NCBI GenBank assembly: GCA_030753015.1
Contig: JASMDC010000015.1
Coordinates: 1-64,000 of the forward strand
Source: Candidatus Undinarchaeales archaeon
GTDB lineage: Archaea; SpSt-1190; JASMDC01
DNA: 64,000 bases
Direction: 5' to 3'
Under the pieces are notes generated by a model that saw nothing but the letters and a program-made list of their open reading frames with translations, was not told the DNA's origin and made no database searches. Positions 49,172 to 59,566 of this stretch are shown one piece after another (the stretch's first letter is position 1; the number at the start of each line of letters is the position of its first letter). The position numbers were made by a program, and so were the translations under genes.

Positions 49172-49322
49172 TGTGAGAATAAAGAGGTCCGCTTTTTGTT
49201 ATACGCACTCAGTGCGGCTAAAGACACTAGATCAAGAGCTCCGGCCCTTGTCCCAAATACACCGCTCTCACACCCCATGGAAAAGAGATTTAAGAAAAAA
49301 GGGTAAAGAATAGTCGGGAAAA

Positions 49323-50156
49323 ATGGAGACCGAGGAAATAAAACGGACCGTGAAAGGCCGCTATGGCGAATGTGCAGAGACCGGTGGCGGGGAAAAGTCC
49401 TGTTGCTGTCCAAATGCTGCCCCCACATGTGCGAGCTTTGCTACCGAGCATGGGCTTTATGGGCAGGAAGAACTCTCCTTGGTCCCGCAAGTCGCTCGTA
49501 CCCTTTCCAAGGGTTGCGGTAACCCCACCGGTTTCGCCGACCTTCGATCCGACGAAGTGGTCGTGGACCTTGGTTGTGGTGCAGGGATCGATATCATTCT
49601 TGCTGCTCATAAGATTGGGCCCGGTGGGAAAGTGATCGGAGTGGATTTTTCTGCAAAGATGATCGAGCGGGCACAGCAGGCAGTGGCCGAGGCGCGCTTG
49701 ACGGATACCATCGAGTTCCATGTCGCTGACCTGGAACGTCTTGAGCTCCCGGATGTCCTTGCCGATGTGGTGATGTCGAACTGCGTCATCAATCTCTGCC
49801 CCGATAAGGTGGCCGTGTATCGCGAAGCCTTTCGTATCCTGAAATCCGGTGGGCGCATAGCCATCTCCGATGTCGTCTTTACTGGAACAATAGACCCCAA
49901 GGTCCAGGAGCGCTTCCGATCGACCTGGGCAGGATGTCTGGGCGGATCGATCAACGAGGAGGACTATTTCGAGATCATCCGAAAGGCAGGCTTCAGACAG
50001 GTCGAGATCGTGTCCCGTCATCCATTATCTCCGGAGGAACTGGAAGCAATGGCATGTTGTCCGGGGCCGGAATTCACCCCTGCTCCTGAAAAAGAGGACC
50101 TTGCTGTGGCTCGAGGGAAAGTGACGAGCATCAAGTTCACAGCGATAAAGCCCTAG
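49323..50156 (+). CDS. arsM: Arsenite methyltransferase
   Basis: SCCC, GCGNP, VVDLGCGAGID, SNCVINLCPDK, WAGCLGG. Confidence 0.88.
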   Translation: METEEIKRTVKGRYGECAETGGGEKSCCCPNAAPTCASFATEHGLYGQEELSLVPQVARTLSKGCGNPTGFADLRSDEVVVDLGCGAGIDIILAAHKIGPGGKVIGVDFSAKMIERAQQAVAEARLTDTIEFHVADLERLELPDVLADVVMSNCVINLCPDKVAVYREAFRILKSGGRIAISDVVFTGTIDPKVQERFRSTWAGCLGGSINEEDYFEIIRKAGFRQVEIVSRHPLSPEELEAMACCPGPEFTPAPEKEDLAVARGKVTSIKFTAIKP

Positions 50157-50249
50157 ACCGGCCGATCCAGCCCATCAAGGACGCACCGGCAGCGTTAATC
50201 GATCGCACTTCGGACTTCCATCACCCTTCGGCCGATATACGGCCTACGA

Positions 50250-50672
50250 TTACTTGCTGTCCTCGAACCCTACATCGATCAGGAATCGGGCGAACTCAGT
50301 GTCGACCACCTGGAAATGGTTGATGAGCCAGTTGACCAGGAAGACGTTGATGGAGGTAGCAAGCGCCCGAGTCGCGCCCTCTTCCTGGAAGTCCTCTATC
50401 AAGAGGCCCAGGGTGCGCTTGAACTCGTCGTGCTGCTTCTTGTGGTACGTCATCCCGGGGTAGCCCAGCTCCTCCATGTGCTTCTCTTCCGTGGAGAAGT
50501 GGAAATCGGTGTAGTCGACCATAAAGTCGAGCATCTTCGTGACCTTGCCCGAACCCTGCGTCACCTTAAGGGCACTTGACAGGTTGTTGAACCGTTGTAT
50601 GAGCATCTTGTGCTGCTCATCGATCAGTTCTATTCCCACAGAGTAACTGTCGTCCCATGCGATCGTTGTCAT
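50250..50672 (-). CDS. Bacteriohemerythrin
   Basis: WDDSYSVGIELIDEQH, HFSTEE, HKKQH, WLINHFQVVD. Confidence 0.92.
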   Translation of the reverse strand: MTTIAWDDSYSVGIELIDEQHKMLIQRFNNLSSALKVTQGSGKVTKMLDFMVDYTDFHFSTEEKHMEELGYPGMTYHKKQHDEFKRTLGLLIEDFQEEGATRALATSINVFLVNWLINHFQVVDTEFARFLIDVGFEDSK

Positions 50673-50848
50673 GTCGTATTCCTCCCTAGATGCCTGTCCA
50701 CAACGAGCCTCCTGACACCCCAAGGTTTTTGTTCCTACCGAATTCCCCTCGGTCAGTTCACTGTCACATGACCGCGTACTCGAGCACGGGAGTGCCGCCG
50801 ACCGCACATGACAGTCGCACTCACGGCACCTGTTCTGCTTAGACGTGT

Positions 50849-50907
50849 CGACCCTGACGTCGTTTGAGAATCGCTAAGCGGGGCCGCGATCCGAATTCCT
50901 TTGCCGT
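50849..50907 (+). repeat. Repeat B
   Basis: CGACCCTGACGTCGTTTGAGAATCGCTAAGCGGGGCCGCGATCCGAATTC. Confidence 0.8.
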
Positions 50908-50991
50908 GAACCGAGATCAAGAACGCTCTTTGAGATCCCCTTCATAAGGTTCAAATATTTGCGTGGGATCCTAGTTGAAGAAGGTGGCTAC

Positions 50992-51168
50992 ATGATAAAG
51001 ATAATCGGTTTTGGCGGTAGCATCCTTCCTGGCTCGAACGATAAGACCCTTTCCGACGCAGAGAAATTCCTCAATAAGATCGGCCGGGAAAATCTCATCA
51101 ACATGTCGATCAATTACATCGGCACGACCGGAACGCTCCGCGTCTTCATCACATACAACGAGGAGTAG
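50992..51168 (+). CDS. Small hypothetical protein
   Basis: AAGGTGG RBS-like sequence before ATG; 58 aa. Confidence 0.5.
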   Translation: MIKIIGFGGSILPGSNDKTLSDAEKFLNKIGRENLINMSINYIGTTGTLRVFITYNEE

Positions 51169-51312
51169 CTCAAACGAGCGGGCAGTAACGCTCGAACAGG
51201 GGACGGAAGATCCAGGCAGGCTCATGAGAAGAAATAAGTATCCCCGTCACCTGACAGAGGATCCCCCCACCTTCCCCTAACCCTTATAAACCCCCCCGAA
51301 TATCCCGGAGGA

Positions 51313-52851
51313 ATGCGGGGCGTAATCAGCTCGGGGCATCCGGTCACATCCGAGGCGGGTGCGAGCGTGCTGCGCAAGGGAGGGACCGCCGTCGACGCGG
51401 CACTTGCAGCGTCCGCTGTGAGCGGAGTTACCGAGCCCGGCCTCACCAGTCTTGGGGGGGGAGGTCTTGCCGTCATCCACGAGGGAGACAGCGGCCGCAA
51501 CCGGGTCTTCGACTTCTTTGCAGACATGCCCGGCCTGGAAGGTGACGGTCCGGACCCCTCCAGTTTCAAGGAGCTGGTCGTTGACTATGAGGGTGCGCTG
51601 GAGACGTACCTGGTCGGCATGGGAACGGCAGCGCTCCCGGGCGTGCTCCCGGGTATCCTGTACATCCACGAGGAGATGGGCACGCTCCCTCTGGCAGACG
51701 TCCTTGCCCCGGCGATACGGGTCGCGCGCGATGGGGTCGTGCTCAGCGCGTTCCAGGCCAGATGCAACTACCTGTTCCGGGACCTTCTGGGCATGGGCCT
51801 GGAAAGCCGGAAGGTCTTTTTCAGGGACGGGGTGATGCTAAAGGAGGGCGAGCTCTTCACGAACCCCAATGTGGCACGGCTGCTCTCGAAGTTCGGATCA
51901 GGCGACTGGAGGCAGACGCTGGAAAACGAGTTCTACTCGCCCATCGTCAAGCACATGGAGGAGATATCCGGCCCCATCACACCTGCCGACCTCGAGCACT
52001 ACACACCCATCGAGCGCTGTCCTCTGGAGATATCGTGCATGGGCTTCGACCTGCTCACACCGCCCCCCCCGTCCACCGGTGGCCTCAGGATCGCCTTTCT
52101 GCTCAAGCTTTTAGAGCGCAACGAGCTTGCGGGCATGGACCGGACGGGCCCGGAGTACGTCGAGCTGCTCGCACAATGTCAGGCATCCACCGATGCCATG
52201 CGCAAGGGAGTTGTGGACGGCAACATCCACGACAAGAATCTTGCCGAAGAGGTGCTCTCGGAAGGCTGCCTGGACCGCTTTACCGACGATGCCATGGTCG
52301 TTGCACCGCCCCGGTCGGCGGGGAACACCACCCAGATATCGGTCACAGACGCAACGGGCACCGCCGTGTCGCTCACGACCACCACCGGCGAGAGCACGGG
52401 CTTCATGATCCCCGGCACCGGCGTGCTCTACAACAACATGCTGGGCGAGATCGACCTCAACCCCGACGGCTGCCGGGCGAACCCGGTCGGAAAAAGGCTC
52501 ACGTCCTCCATGTCGCCTTCGGTGATGCTTGCTGACGGCGAGGTCATCGGCGTCATGGGGAGCGGTGGATCGAGCAGGATCATAAGTGCCATCGTGCAGG
52601 TGTCGCTCAACCACGCGGTGTTCGGCCTCGACGCGGCAACGTCCGTGGAGTCGCCCCGAGCGCACTACGAGGGCGGGGTGCTCCAGATGGAGGCAGGCTT
52701 TCCTGCAGCCACCGTCCAGAAGCTGAAGCGCACCTTCGAGGTGAACGAGTGGGACCGTATCGACCGGTACTTCGGCGGCGTCCACATGACCACGGGGCGT
52801 ACGGGTGCCGGCGACACGCGCAGGAGCGGGCACTTCATGGCCGTGGAGTAG
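51313..52851 (+). CDS. ggt: Gamma-glutamyltransferase family protein
   Basis: GGTAVDAA, SLGGGG, PPPSTGG, NTTQIS (Thr nucleophile), SSMSPS, GSGGSSRI. Confidence 0.9.
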   Translation: MRGVISSGHPVTSEAGASVLRKGGTAVDAALAASAVSGVTEPGLTSLGGGGLAVIHEGDSGRNRVFDFFADMPGLEGDGPDPSSFKELVVDYEGALETYLVGMGTAALPGVLPGILYIHEEMGTLPLADVLAPAIRVARDGVVLSAFQARCNYLFRDLLGMGLESRKVFFRDGVMLKEGELFTNPNVARLLSKFGSGDWRQTLENEFYSPIVKHMEEISGPITPADLEHYTPIERCPLEISCMGFDLLTPPPPSTGGLRIAFLLKLLERNELAGMDRTGPEYVELLAQCQASTDAMRKGVVDGNIHDKNLAEEVLSEGCLDRFTDDAMVVAPPRSAGNTTQISVTDATGTAVSLTTTTGESTGFMIPGTGVLYNNMLGEIDLNPDGCRANPVGKRLTSSMSPSVMLADGEVIGVMGSGGSSRIISAIVQVSLNHAVFGLDAATSVESPRAHYEGGVLQMEAGFPAATVQKLKRTFEVNEWDRIDRYFGGVHMTTGRTGAGDTRRSGHFMAVE

Positions 52852-53016
52852 GGCAGGGGACGGCCTCACTTTCGCATACCTGGGGCTTCAGGGGCGATGG
52901 ACGAACGACGGCTGATCCGTCATCGCTCCAAAGATACACCATCTTGCGCCCGAGGGGCTCGTCATGGCGAGGTGACCGGGCCTATTTAATTGTTAGACAC
53001 GTGAATTTCATGCTTC

Positions 53017-54822
53017 ATGGCACCACGGATCCGACAAGGTCAAGTTAATAAAAAAATACAATTTCAAAAGAGGATCCAAGGTGATGAGAATTCTAGTCCG
53101 GTGAAAGGCACCGATCATTATGTAGTCGCTCTGTTCTTTGTGTTATCACTGGTCTTTGTCGGGCCCATTCTTAAGGGGCTGTACATGTATGGTATTCTCG
53201 ACTGGGATCAACATTTCTTCTATCACGCGGTCCCAAGGGCCACCATCATCGAACATCACCAGTTCCCATTATGGAATCCGTACCATTGTGGTGGCAACAT
53301 CCTTCTTGCCAATCCCCAATCATCCTTCTTGTCCCCGACATTCATCTTCGTCCTCCTTTTCGATGTGATACCGGGATTGAAAGTGAGGATCCTGATCCAG
53401 TACATGATCGGGTTGTACGGGATGTATATCCTGGCCCGATCGTTGGGTATGACCACTAATGGCAGCCTGTTATCCTCGAGCGTCTTTATGCTCAACGGAG
53501 CGTACGCATCCAACATCGTGGTCGGCCATACCACTTTTCTTCCTGTGGTGTATATCCCCTGGGCCTTTCATTACTTACTGAGAGGGATCGAGGACATCAG
53601 GTACATCCCTCTGTCCTCGATCGTCCTTTCCATCATGATCTTTGAGGGAGGTGTCTTTCCTTTCGTGTTCACATGCCTGTTCATGGGTGCGTTCTCGTTC
53701 TTCAAGGCGCTGCAACTCAAGAAGATAGCTCCTGCAGGAGCATTCGTCCTTGTCCTCTTTCTTACCTTCCTGCTAGCTTCCATCAAATTCCTTCCCCTTA
53801 TCGAGTTCACTTCTATGAATCCATTATCAAGGGACGTCGGTAGGGGGTATACTGTTGAGATACTGGTCAACGCACTGACCAATCCCGACCTCAACACCGT
53901 CGATCTCAATTTGAAAGTATCGGACGACCAAGTAAATTACTGGATAGAATATTATGCGTATGTCGGCGCACTACCTTTGATACTCGGTATCTTTGGCGCA
54001 TGCGTGATGCTGGGCTCAAGGTGGCCATTATTATTGACCACAGTTCTGTTCCTCATCCTCTCCTTTGGCTCGAACGAGACGCTGGATCTCTGGGGCATGA
54101 TCCATCCCTTGCCCATCTTGAGCAGCTTCCAGGTACCCAGCAGATGTATGATGATGGTCGTCTTTTCTCTGGCTCTCTACTCCGGCTGGGCGCTTTCTTG
54201 GTTAGAGGGGTACGGGGCCCATATGTTGGTGACGTGGGGAGTGCTGGTCTTTGTCATCATGGATCTGGTGCTCGTTAACGGCGCTTTGTTCGAACTGGGG
54301 TTCATTCGATATCCTCCTGCGATCCTTGGTCGTCGTAGTGATACCCTCGTTCAATGGAAGGGATGGGGACATTATGATTATTTCTTGATGAACAAAGGCC
54401 TGGTCAACTGCTATGAACGGACGCATCTCCCGATACGTGCACTTCCAGCTCAGGACGAGCAGTATAGAGGAGAGGTCTACTACAACGGGTCCATCGGGAG
54501 ACCGGAAGTCATCAGTATAACCCCGAACGAGCTACGTTACCGCGTGTCCGTCGATCGACCCACCAGACTGGTGGTCAATCAGAACTATGATCCCGGCTGG
54601 TATAGCACGGGACATGATGTGGTATCTCATGATGGATTGATATCGATCGACCTCGATCCGGATGATGAGATCGTGACCCTCTCATATCTACCGCGCTCCT
54701 TCCTCCTTGGCCAGCTGCTCTCGTTCCTTGGTCTCGTTCTTGCAGCCCTTGTGTATTATGATAGACTTCCCAATGGGGGGCTGGTGCTCGCCTCCAACGG
54801 CAGGCTCAACGACGGGATGTAG
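53017..54822 (+). CDS. YfhO-like GT-C membrane protein
   Basis: FPLWNPYHCGGNILLANPQS, YAYVG, VPSR, NQNYDPGW; lower GC. Confidence 0.75.
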   Translation: MAPRIRQGQVNKKIQFQKRIQGDENSSPVKGTDHYVVALFFVLSLVFVGPILKGLYMYGILDWDQHFFYHAVPRATIIEHHQFPLWNPYHCGGNILLANPQSSFLSPTFIFVLLFDVIPGLKVRILIQYMIGLYGMYILARSLGMTTNGSLLSSSVFMLNGAYASNIVVGHTTFLPVVYIPWAFHYLLRGIEDIRYIPLSSIVLSIMIFEGGVFPFVFTCLFMGAFSFFKALQLKKIAPAGAFVLVLFLTFLLASIKFLPLIEFTSMNPLSRDVGRGYTVEILVNALTNPDLNTVDLNLKVSDDQVNYWIEYYAYVGALPLILGIFGACVMLGSRWPLLLTTVLFLILSFGSNETLDLWGMIHPLPILSSFQVPSRCMMMVVFSLALYSGWALSWLEGYGAHMLVTWGVLVFVIMDLVLVNGALFELGFIRYPPAILGRRSDTLVQWKGWGHYDYFLMNKGLVNCYERTHLPIRALPAQDEQYRGEVYYNGSIGRPEVISITPNELRYRVSVDRPTRLVVNQNYDPGWYSTGHDVVSHDGLISIDLDPDDEIVTLSYLPRSFLLGQLLSFLGLVLAALVYYDRLPNGGLVLASNGRLNDGM

Positions 54823-54958
54823 GCGCTTGAGCGACAGCAACTTACCGCAACGATCCGGGGGCTGCTGAGCTCTCCTCTCGTTCCCGAGGATGCCCCGGCC
54901 CAAGGGAAGCTATAAAACGTGAGTGAGGAAGCCGCGAGCATAGATCGGTGGTGTAACC

Positions 54959-55564
54959 GTGGAGATAGAATACGAAGGCGTCATCAGAACGGACGACATG
55001 ATCCTCTTGGGAGTGCGACAGAAGGGTACCGGCCCCTACGAGACACAGATGACCGTCCCCGGGATGACATACGACCAAAAGACCGATAAGGCCCTGGTCT
55101 CGATCGGTTCCAGGACCGACGACGGTGAGAGCGTTACGGGCATCATCCCCCAGCTCACCGGTCCCCTCGAGGGCTATGACCATGTCTCCATCGACCAGAC
55201 CGTGGAGCTCGCATCGTACCATCCCGCCACCGGGCACATGGTCGGTCCCATGTACTGCTCGCTTGACGTGGAGACCGATCTGGCTGCGTCAGGGAATGGG
55301 GACGGATACGTCGCTCTCGCCCGGGAGCCTGCTCAGATGGATACCGTTCTCCAGGCGCTCACCATGGAGGGCATCATCCCCGACGATGTCGTCACCGCAT
55401 ATGGCACGCTCATGGACGATCCCACCGAGGGCAACTACCTGAAGCTGCTCCACCAGATCGAGGTCAACAAGGATGACATCGCCCTAGCACGTCTCCACAT
55501 AGAGTGGTACATAGATGATGGGGACATCACGGACCTTGGCTTCGCACCCGGAGACCTCTCCTAG
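54959..55564 (+). CDS. Acidic hypothetical protein
   Basis: TATA-like CTATAAAA near 54910, GGTGGTG before the GTG start. Confidence 0.6.
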   Translation: MEIEYEGVIRTDDMILLGVRQKGTGPYETQMTVPGMTYDQKTDKALVSIGSRTDDGESVTGIIPQLTGPLEGYDHVSIDQTVELASYHPATGHMVGPMYCSLDVETDLAASGNGDGYVALAREPAQMDTVLQALTMEGIIPDDVVTAYGTLMDDPTEGNYLKLLHQIEVNKDDIALARLHIEWYIDDGDITDLGFAPGDLS

Positions 55565-55593
55565 GTCCGCTTTGAGCATAGGATCTGTTGCCC

Positions 55594-55686
55594 GTGCATC
55601 GGAAGTCTGACAAGATCATCGGCGTCAACGTCCTGGCCCCGGGGCGTCCGACCTGGTACACGAGGGTGCCATTATGGATTCGTGAT
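55594..55686 (+). pseudogene. Fragment of a pyridine nucleotide-disulfide oxidoreductase dimerisation domain (MerA/Lpd-like)
   Basis: VHRKSDKIIGVNVLAP then, after a frameshift, ASDLVHEGAIM. Confidence 0.55.
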
Positions 55687-55690
55687 ACGA

Positions 55691-55705
55691 GTGCGCCGGT
55701 CGGGA
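55691..55705 (-). repeat. Repeat A (tRNA 3'-end-like), copy 1
   Basis: GTGCGCCGGTCGGGA on + strand. Confidence 0.8.
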
Positions 55706-55841
55706 ACAAAGCCCACATTCAGGGGCAAATGAGAACGGGAACGGTCGCGGGGGGGCGCACTCCGCTGGACCTTGACCAACGGGCCCCGGGCATTCGATCG
55801 ATGGAATATGCATATATACTATAACCACCATTATACTAACT

Positions 55842-57074
55842 ATGATTATTGTTAGGGGGGAGGCAGAGGAGATCAAGAAGATACACAAGTGGTTGCTCGT
55901 GTACGGAAGGCGGAAGACGGGCAAGACCTTCCTCCTCAGGAACCTCACGGACTACGACGAGTACTACTTCGTGAAAAGGGACAGGGGGATACTCACCGAC
56001 TCAGGTGCCCTCTCGTACGAGACCTTCCTGGAGCTGTTCAAGCGCCAGCTCAACGACGGAGGGACGGTGATCGTGGACGAGTTCCACCGCCTGGGCGAAG
56101 GGTTCCAGGATATCCTCCACTTCCTTCCGAAGAAGGGGAAAGTGATACTCGTATCGTCCACGCTGCACCTATCGAGGAAGCTGGTGGGATCGCACTCCCC
56201 CCTGCTCGGTGTGGTCGCCGAGTTCCAAATGCCGCTCCTGCGACTCTTCGACGTGCTGAGCTCCCTGCACGGTGATGGTCTCTCCAAGAAGGAGCTCGTC
56301 GAGACTGCCGTGCTCCTGCGCGAGCCCATAACCATCGACCATTACACACCTGGCGAGGGAGCTGTATCCACGTTCACGAGGGTGATGACGAGCACGAAGT
56401 ACCTCGTACCGGCGCTCATCGGCGAGATATTCACAGAGGAGGACCGCTCCCTCTCAGCGGTCTACGAGGGCGTCCTGCGTGCTATAGCCGGCGGGAAGTG
56501 CGTATCGAGCGAGATATCGAGCTTCCTCTTCTCGCACGGACTGATCAAGAAGGACGATCCCAGCCTCCTCCAGCAGTACCTCAACAATCTCGTGTCGTTC
56601 GGCCTCCTGAAGCGGTTGAAGGTGTACAACAAGCGGCGTTACGTCTACATGCATACCTCGCCGCTGGTCTATCTCTACTTCTACGCTGACGAGAAGTACA
56701 ACCTCTCCGAGATCGAGGCTGGACCCGAGGTGATCTCCCGCATCATCGCCGAGCTCTATCCGCGCATCATCGAGGGAGCGGTGCGCGAGCTCTTGGCCGA
56801 GCACTTCGGGCTGGTGGAGTCCGTCGTCCGGGAGAAGGATTTTGACATCGACGCCTACCTGCTGCGGTTCAAGACGCCCGAAGTGGCCGTGGAGGTCAAG
56901 TGGAAGGACAAGGTCTCATCCAAGGACGTGCGCAAGGCCGAGGATACCCTGTCACGCGTCGAAGCGAAGCGCAGGATCCTGTTCGTCCCGGACAAGAAAA
57001 AGGTCGAGTGCGGGAGCGACCTCGAGATCATGGACGTAGGCGACGTGCTGCAGGGACGTGCTTCTGCGGAGTAG
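55842..57074 (+). CDS. Archaeal ATPase (P-loop, wHTH, C-terminal PD-(D/E)XK-like domain)
   Basis: YGRRKTGKT, IVDEFH, FDIDAYL...AVEVKW. Confidence 0.88.
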   Translation: MIIVRGEAEEIKKIHKWLLVYGRRKTGKTFLLRNLTDYDEYYFVKRDRGILTDSGALSYETFLELFKRQLNDGGTVIVDEFHRLGEGFQDILHFLPKKGKVILVSSTLHLSRKLVGSHSPLLGVVAEFQMPLLRLFDVLSSLHGDGLSKKELVETAVLLREPITIDHYTPGEGAVSTFTRVMTSTKYLVPALIGEIFTEEDRSLSAVYEGVLRAIAGGKCVSSEISSFLFSHGLIKKDDPSLLQQYLNNLVSFGLLKRLKVYNKRRYVYMHTSPLVYLYFYADEKYNLSEIEAGPEVISRIIAELYPRIIEGAVRELLAEHFGLVESVVREKDFDIDAYLLRFKTPEVAVEVKWKDKVSSKDVRKAEDTLSRVEAKRRILFVPDKKKVECGSDLEIMDVGDVLQGRASAE

Positions 57075-57087
57075 ATTCATAACAAAA

Positions 57088-57106
57088 GTGCGCCGGTAGG
57101 GACCCG
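57088..57106 (-). repeat. Repeat A, copy 2
   Basis: GTGCGCCGGTAGGGACCCG. Confidence 0.75.
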
Positions 57107-57251
57107 AGCGCGCATCAGGGGCACTCATCCTGTGCATACGCACGTAGAACAAGCGTATGGACTATGATCGGAACAGATATCGCCCGAGCGGACCTGTCGG
57201 AGATATACTTTTATTGACTTGGTTCGATCCACCGTACAGAGCGTGATTACC

Positions 57252-58667
57252 ATGGTATCCCCGTCCACCAAGATCGGCGACCTCATCGAGGAGCATCCCT
57301 TCCTTGTCGACTTCCTGCCCACCCTCTCTCCCCGGTACGAGGCCTTGCGCAGCCCCACCATGCGAGCCACTATGGGAAAGGTGGCCACCGTAGAGATGGC
57401 CGCCAAGATGGGAGGACTGGAGGTGGACGAGCTTGTCACCGCCATCGAGAGCGAGATCGCCCGACACGTCGAGGGCGACGCGTCCGCCCCGACCGAAGAG
57501 GAGCTTGCGCGACGCAAGGAGGTCCTCAAGGGCATCATCCGCGACATCCACGCGGGCGCCGACATCGAGGAGCTTAAGGTCCGGTTCGCCTCCCTCATCA
57601 AGGGCGTGGGCCCTGCTGAGATCTCGGCCGTGGAGCAGGCGCTCATCGCCGATGGCATGCCCGCAGAGGAGATCAAGCGCCTGTGCGACGTCCACGTGGA
57701 GGTGTTCAAGAGCTCGCTCGAGATGAAGAAGCCACCATCCACCCCGCCAGGCCACCCGGTCCACACCTACATGCAGGAGAACCAGGCAAGTGCCGACATC
57801 ATGCGCAAGATCGTAGATCGATTGGAGGGCCTGGAGGACGCGCTACCCGAGGTCAAGGGCCTTCTCGACGAGCTGGCCAAGATCGACATCCACTACACCC
57901 GAAAGGAGAACCAGCTCTTCCCCGCCCTCGAGCGCCACGGTATCACGGGGCCCTCGCAGGTCATGTGGGCCATCCACGACGATATCAGGGCGCTGGTGAA
58001 ACAGGTGCGGGAGGCACTGGATGGCGAGGACGTCGCAAGCGCCGCCACCCTCCTCCGGGACCTTGTTGGGACCATCGGCGACATGGTCTACAAGGAGGAG
58101 CACATCCTCTACCCGGCTGCGCTGGAAGCCCTGACGGAGGAGGACTGGGTGCGCGTGCGGCAGGGCGAGGAGGAGATCGGGTACGCATGGGTGACACCTG
58201 CGGCCCCCTGGCCACCCGAGGGGACCGAGGTAGCGGTCTCTTCTGAAGGGACCTCGGCCCTCTCCATGGACACCGGGGCGCTCACCCACGAGCAGCTCAA
58301 CCTCCTGCTCAAGCACCTTCCCTTCGACGTGACCTTCGTGAGCGAGAACGACGAGGTGCTGTACTACTCGGACACTCCAGAGCGGATCTTCCCCCGGTCG
58401 GCAGGGGTCATCGGGCGAAAGGTGCAGAACTGCCACCCGCCCAAGAGCGTCCACGCAGTCACTCGCATCCTGGACGAGTTCAGGGCCGGGACGCGGGACG
58501 TCGCCGAGTTCTGGATCCATCTCCACGGAAAGTTCCTCTACATCCGGTACTTCGCCGTGCGCGACGGTAAGGGCACCTATCGCGGATGCCTCGAGGTCAT
58601 GCAGGAGATATCCCGCATCTCCAAACTCGAAGGGGACAAGCGGCTGCTGGACGACAGCACTGCCTAG
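57252..58667 (+). CDS. DUF1858/DUF438-hemerythrin-PAS protein
   Basis: LCDVH, PGHPVHT, HYTRKENQLFP, VMWAIHD, KEEHIL, GRKVQNCHPPKS. Confidence 0.9.
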   Translation: MVSPSTKIGDLIEEHPFLVDFLPTLSPRYEALRSPTMRATMGKVATVEMAAKMGGLEVDELVTAIESEIARHVEGDASAPTEEELARRKEVLKGIIRDIHAGADIEELKVRFASLIKGVGPAEISAVEQALIADGMPAEEIKRLCDVHVEVFKSSLEMKKPPSTPPGHPVHTYMQENQASADIMRKIVDRLEGLEDALPEVKGLLDELAKIDIHYTRKENQLFPALERHGITGPSQVMWAIHDDIRALVKQVREALDGEDVASAATLLRDLVGTIGDMVYKEEHILYPAALEALTEEDWVRVRQGEEEIGYAWVTPAAPWPPEGTEVAVSSEGTSALSMDTGALTHEQLNLLLKHLPFDVTFVSENDEVLYYSDTPERIFPRSAGVIGRKVQNCHPPKSVHAVTRILDEFRAGTRDVAEFWIHLHGKFLYIRYFAVRDGKGTYRGCLEVMQEISRISKLEGDKRLLDDSTA

Positions 58668-58701
58668 GACGGAAGGTACCAGAGACGTTTCGCAAGAGAC
58701 A

Positions 58702-58786
58702 GGTGCGCCGGTCGGGACCCGTTCTCGTGTACGAACAGGCACAGAACGCCAGATGACCTTTTGGGACATCCTTAAAAGATCGGACC
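58702..58786 (-). repeat. Repeat A, copy 3 with extended homology to copy 5
   Basis: About 85 bp alignable with 60226-60315. Confidence 0.88.
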
Positions 58787-58870
58787 GCAGAGGCCTTCAA
58801 GTATGTCGAGAAAGGGCACAAGAAGGGAAGTGTCGTTATGACCGTGGTGGATGATGACAAGGGATCATAG
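58784..58870 (+). pseudogene. C-terminal fragment of a Zn-ADH/quinone-oxidoreductase (MDR) gene
   Basis: TAEAFKYVEKGHKKGSVVMTV...*. Confidence 0.8.
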
Positions 58871-58926
58871 GTACGTAATTTAGTTTCATGGCACTTAATA
58901 GCCAACAAGCGACATAGCTCACATGG

Positions 58927-59565
58927 GTGAACAAAACGGATGAACTATCTGCAAGATGCAAGAACGAGATACACACCTTTTTCGGCCTGGCCGTCGTTAA
59001 TCTTGTGATCGCTGCATTGATCCTGGCCTTCGGGATATCTACAGGTGTCACGCGGCTCATGGCCTTTTCCAGGTCAGGAGAGATCGAACTGATGTCCCTA
59101 TTATTGATCGGTGCGGGCCTTGCTGCAGCAATTGCTGGACTGTATTGGCTGGTAAAGACCGCCGAGATCCTCGAAGGTGTCGAAAAGATCGACTCGGACT
59201 GGGAAAAGATCACACAACATGACGATCAGGAACAGGTCACGGGTGTTCTTGTTCAAATGATAGCTCATTATCGAAAGAACCAGCCGGTCATCGACAGAAT
59301 GACCGTTCTTGGACGGATAGTCGGGATCCTTTTCCTTGTTTCCGGATCTCTGAGCCTGCTGGATTCGGGAAGGACACTGCTTGCATCCGGCATGGTCAAT
59401 GAAGGCATGTTCCAGCTTGCAGGTGCCATAGCGGTATTTAGCGTTGGGATCGGAAGTCTTCTCATCGCAAGATACTTCGAACGGTATTCCGGGATCTGGG
59501 TCGTCCGACTAAAGGAAGAAGATAACATCCAGGAAGCGCTCACCGAACTGTTGGAGGCCAGCTAA
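58927..59565 (+). CDS. Hypothetical 4-TM membrane protein
   Basis: Four hydrophobic helices; lower GC. Confidence 0.7.
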   Translation: MNKTDELSARCKNEIHTFFGLAVVNLVIAALILAFGISTGVTRLMAFSRSGEIELMSLLLIGAGLAAAIAGLYWLVKTAEILEGVEKIDSDWEKITQHDDQEQVTGVLVQMIAHYRKNQPVIDRMTVLGRIVGILFLVSGSLSLLDSGRTLLASGMVNEGMFQLAGAIAVFSVGIGSLLIARYFERYSGIWVVRLKEEDNIQEALTELLEAS

Positions 59566-59566
59566 C

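Noticed and set aside
52940-52952. 13-nt match (CATCTTGCGCCCG) to the predicted TnpB guide, upstream of the YfhO-like gene
   Set aside because: The first guide base mismatches, no TTGAC TAM is adjacent and the match ends at 13 nt; the TnpB is catalytically intact rather than a repressor type, so probably coincidence
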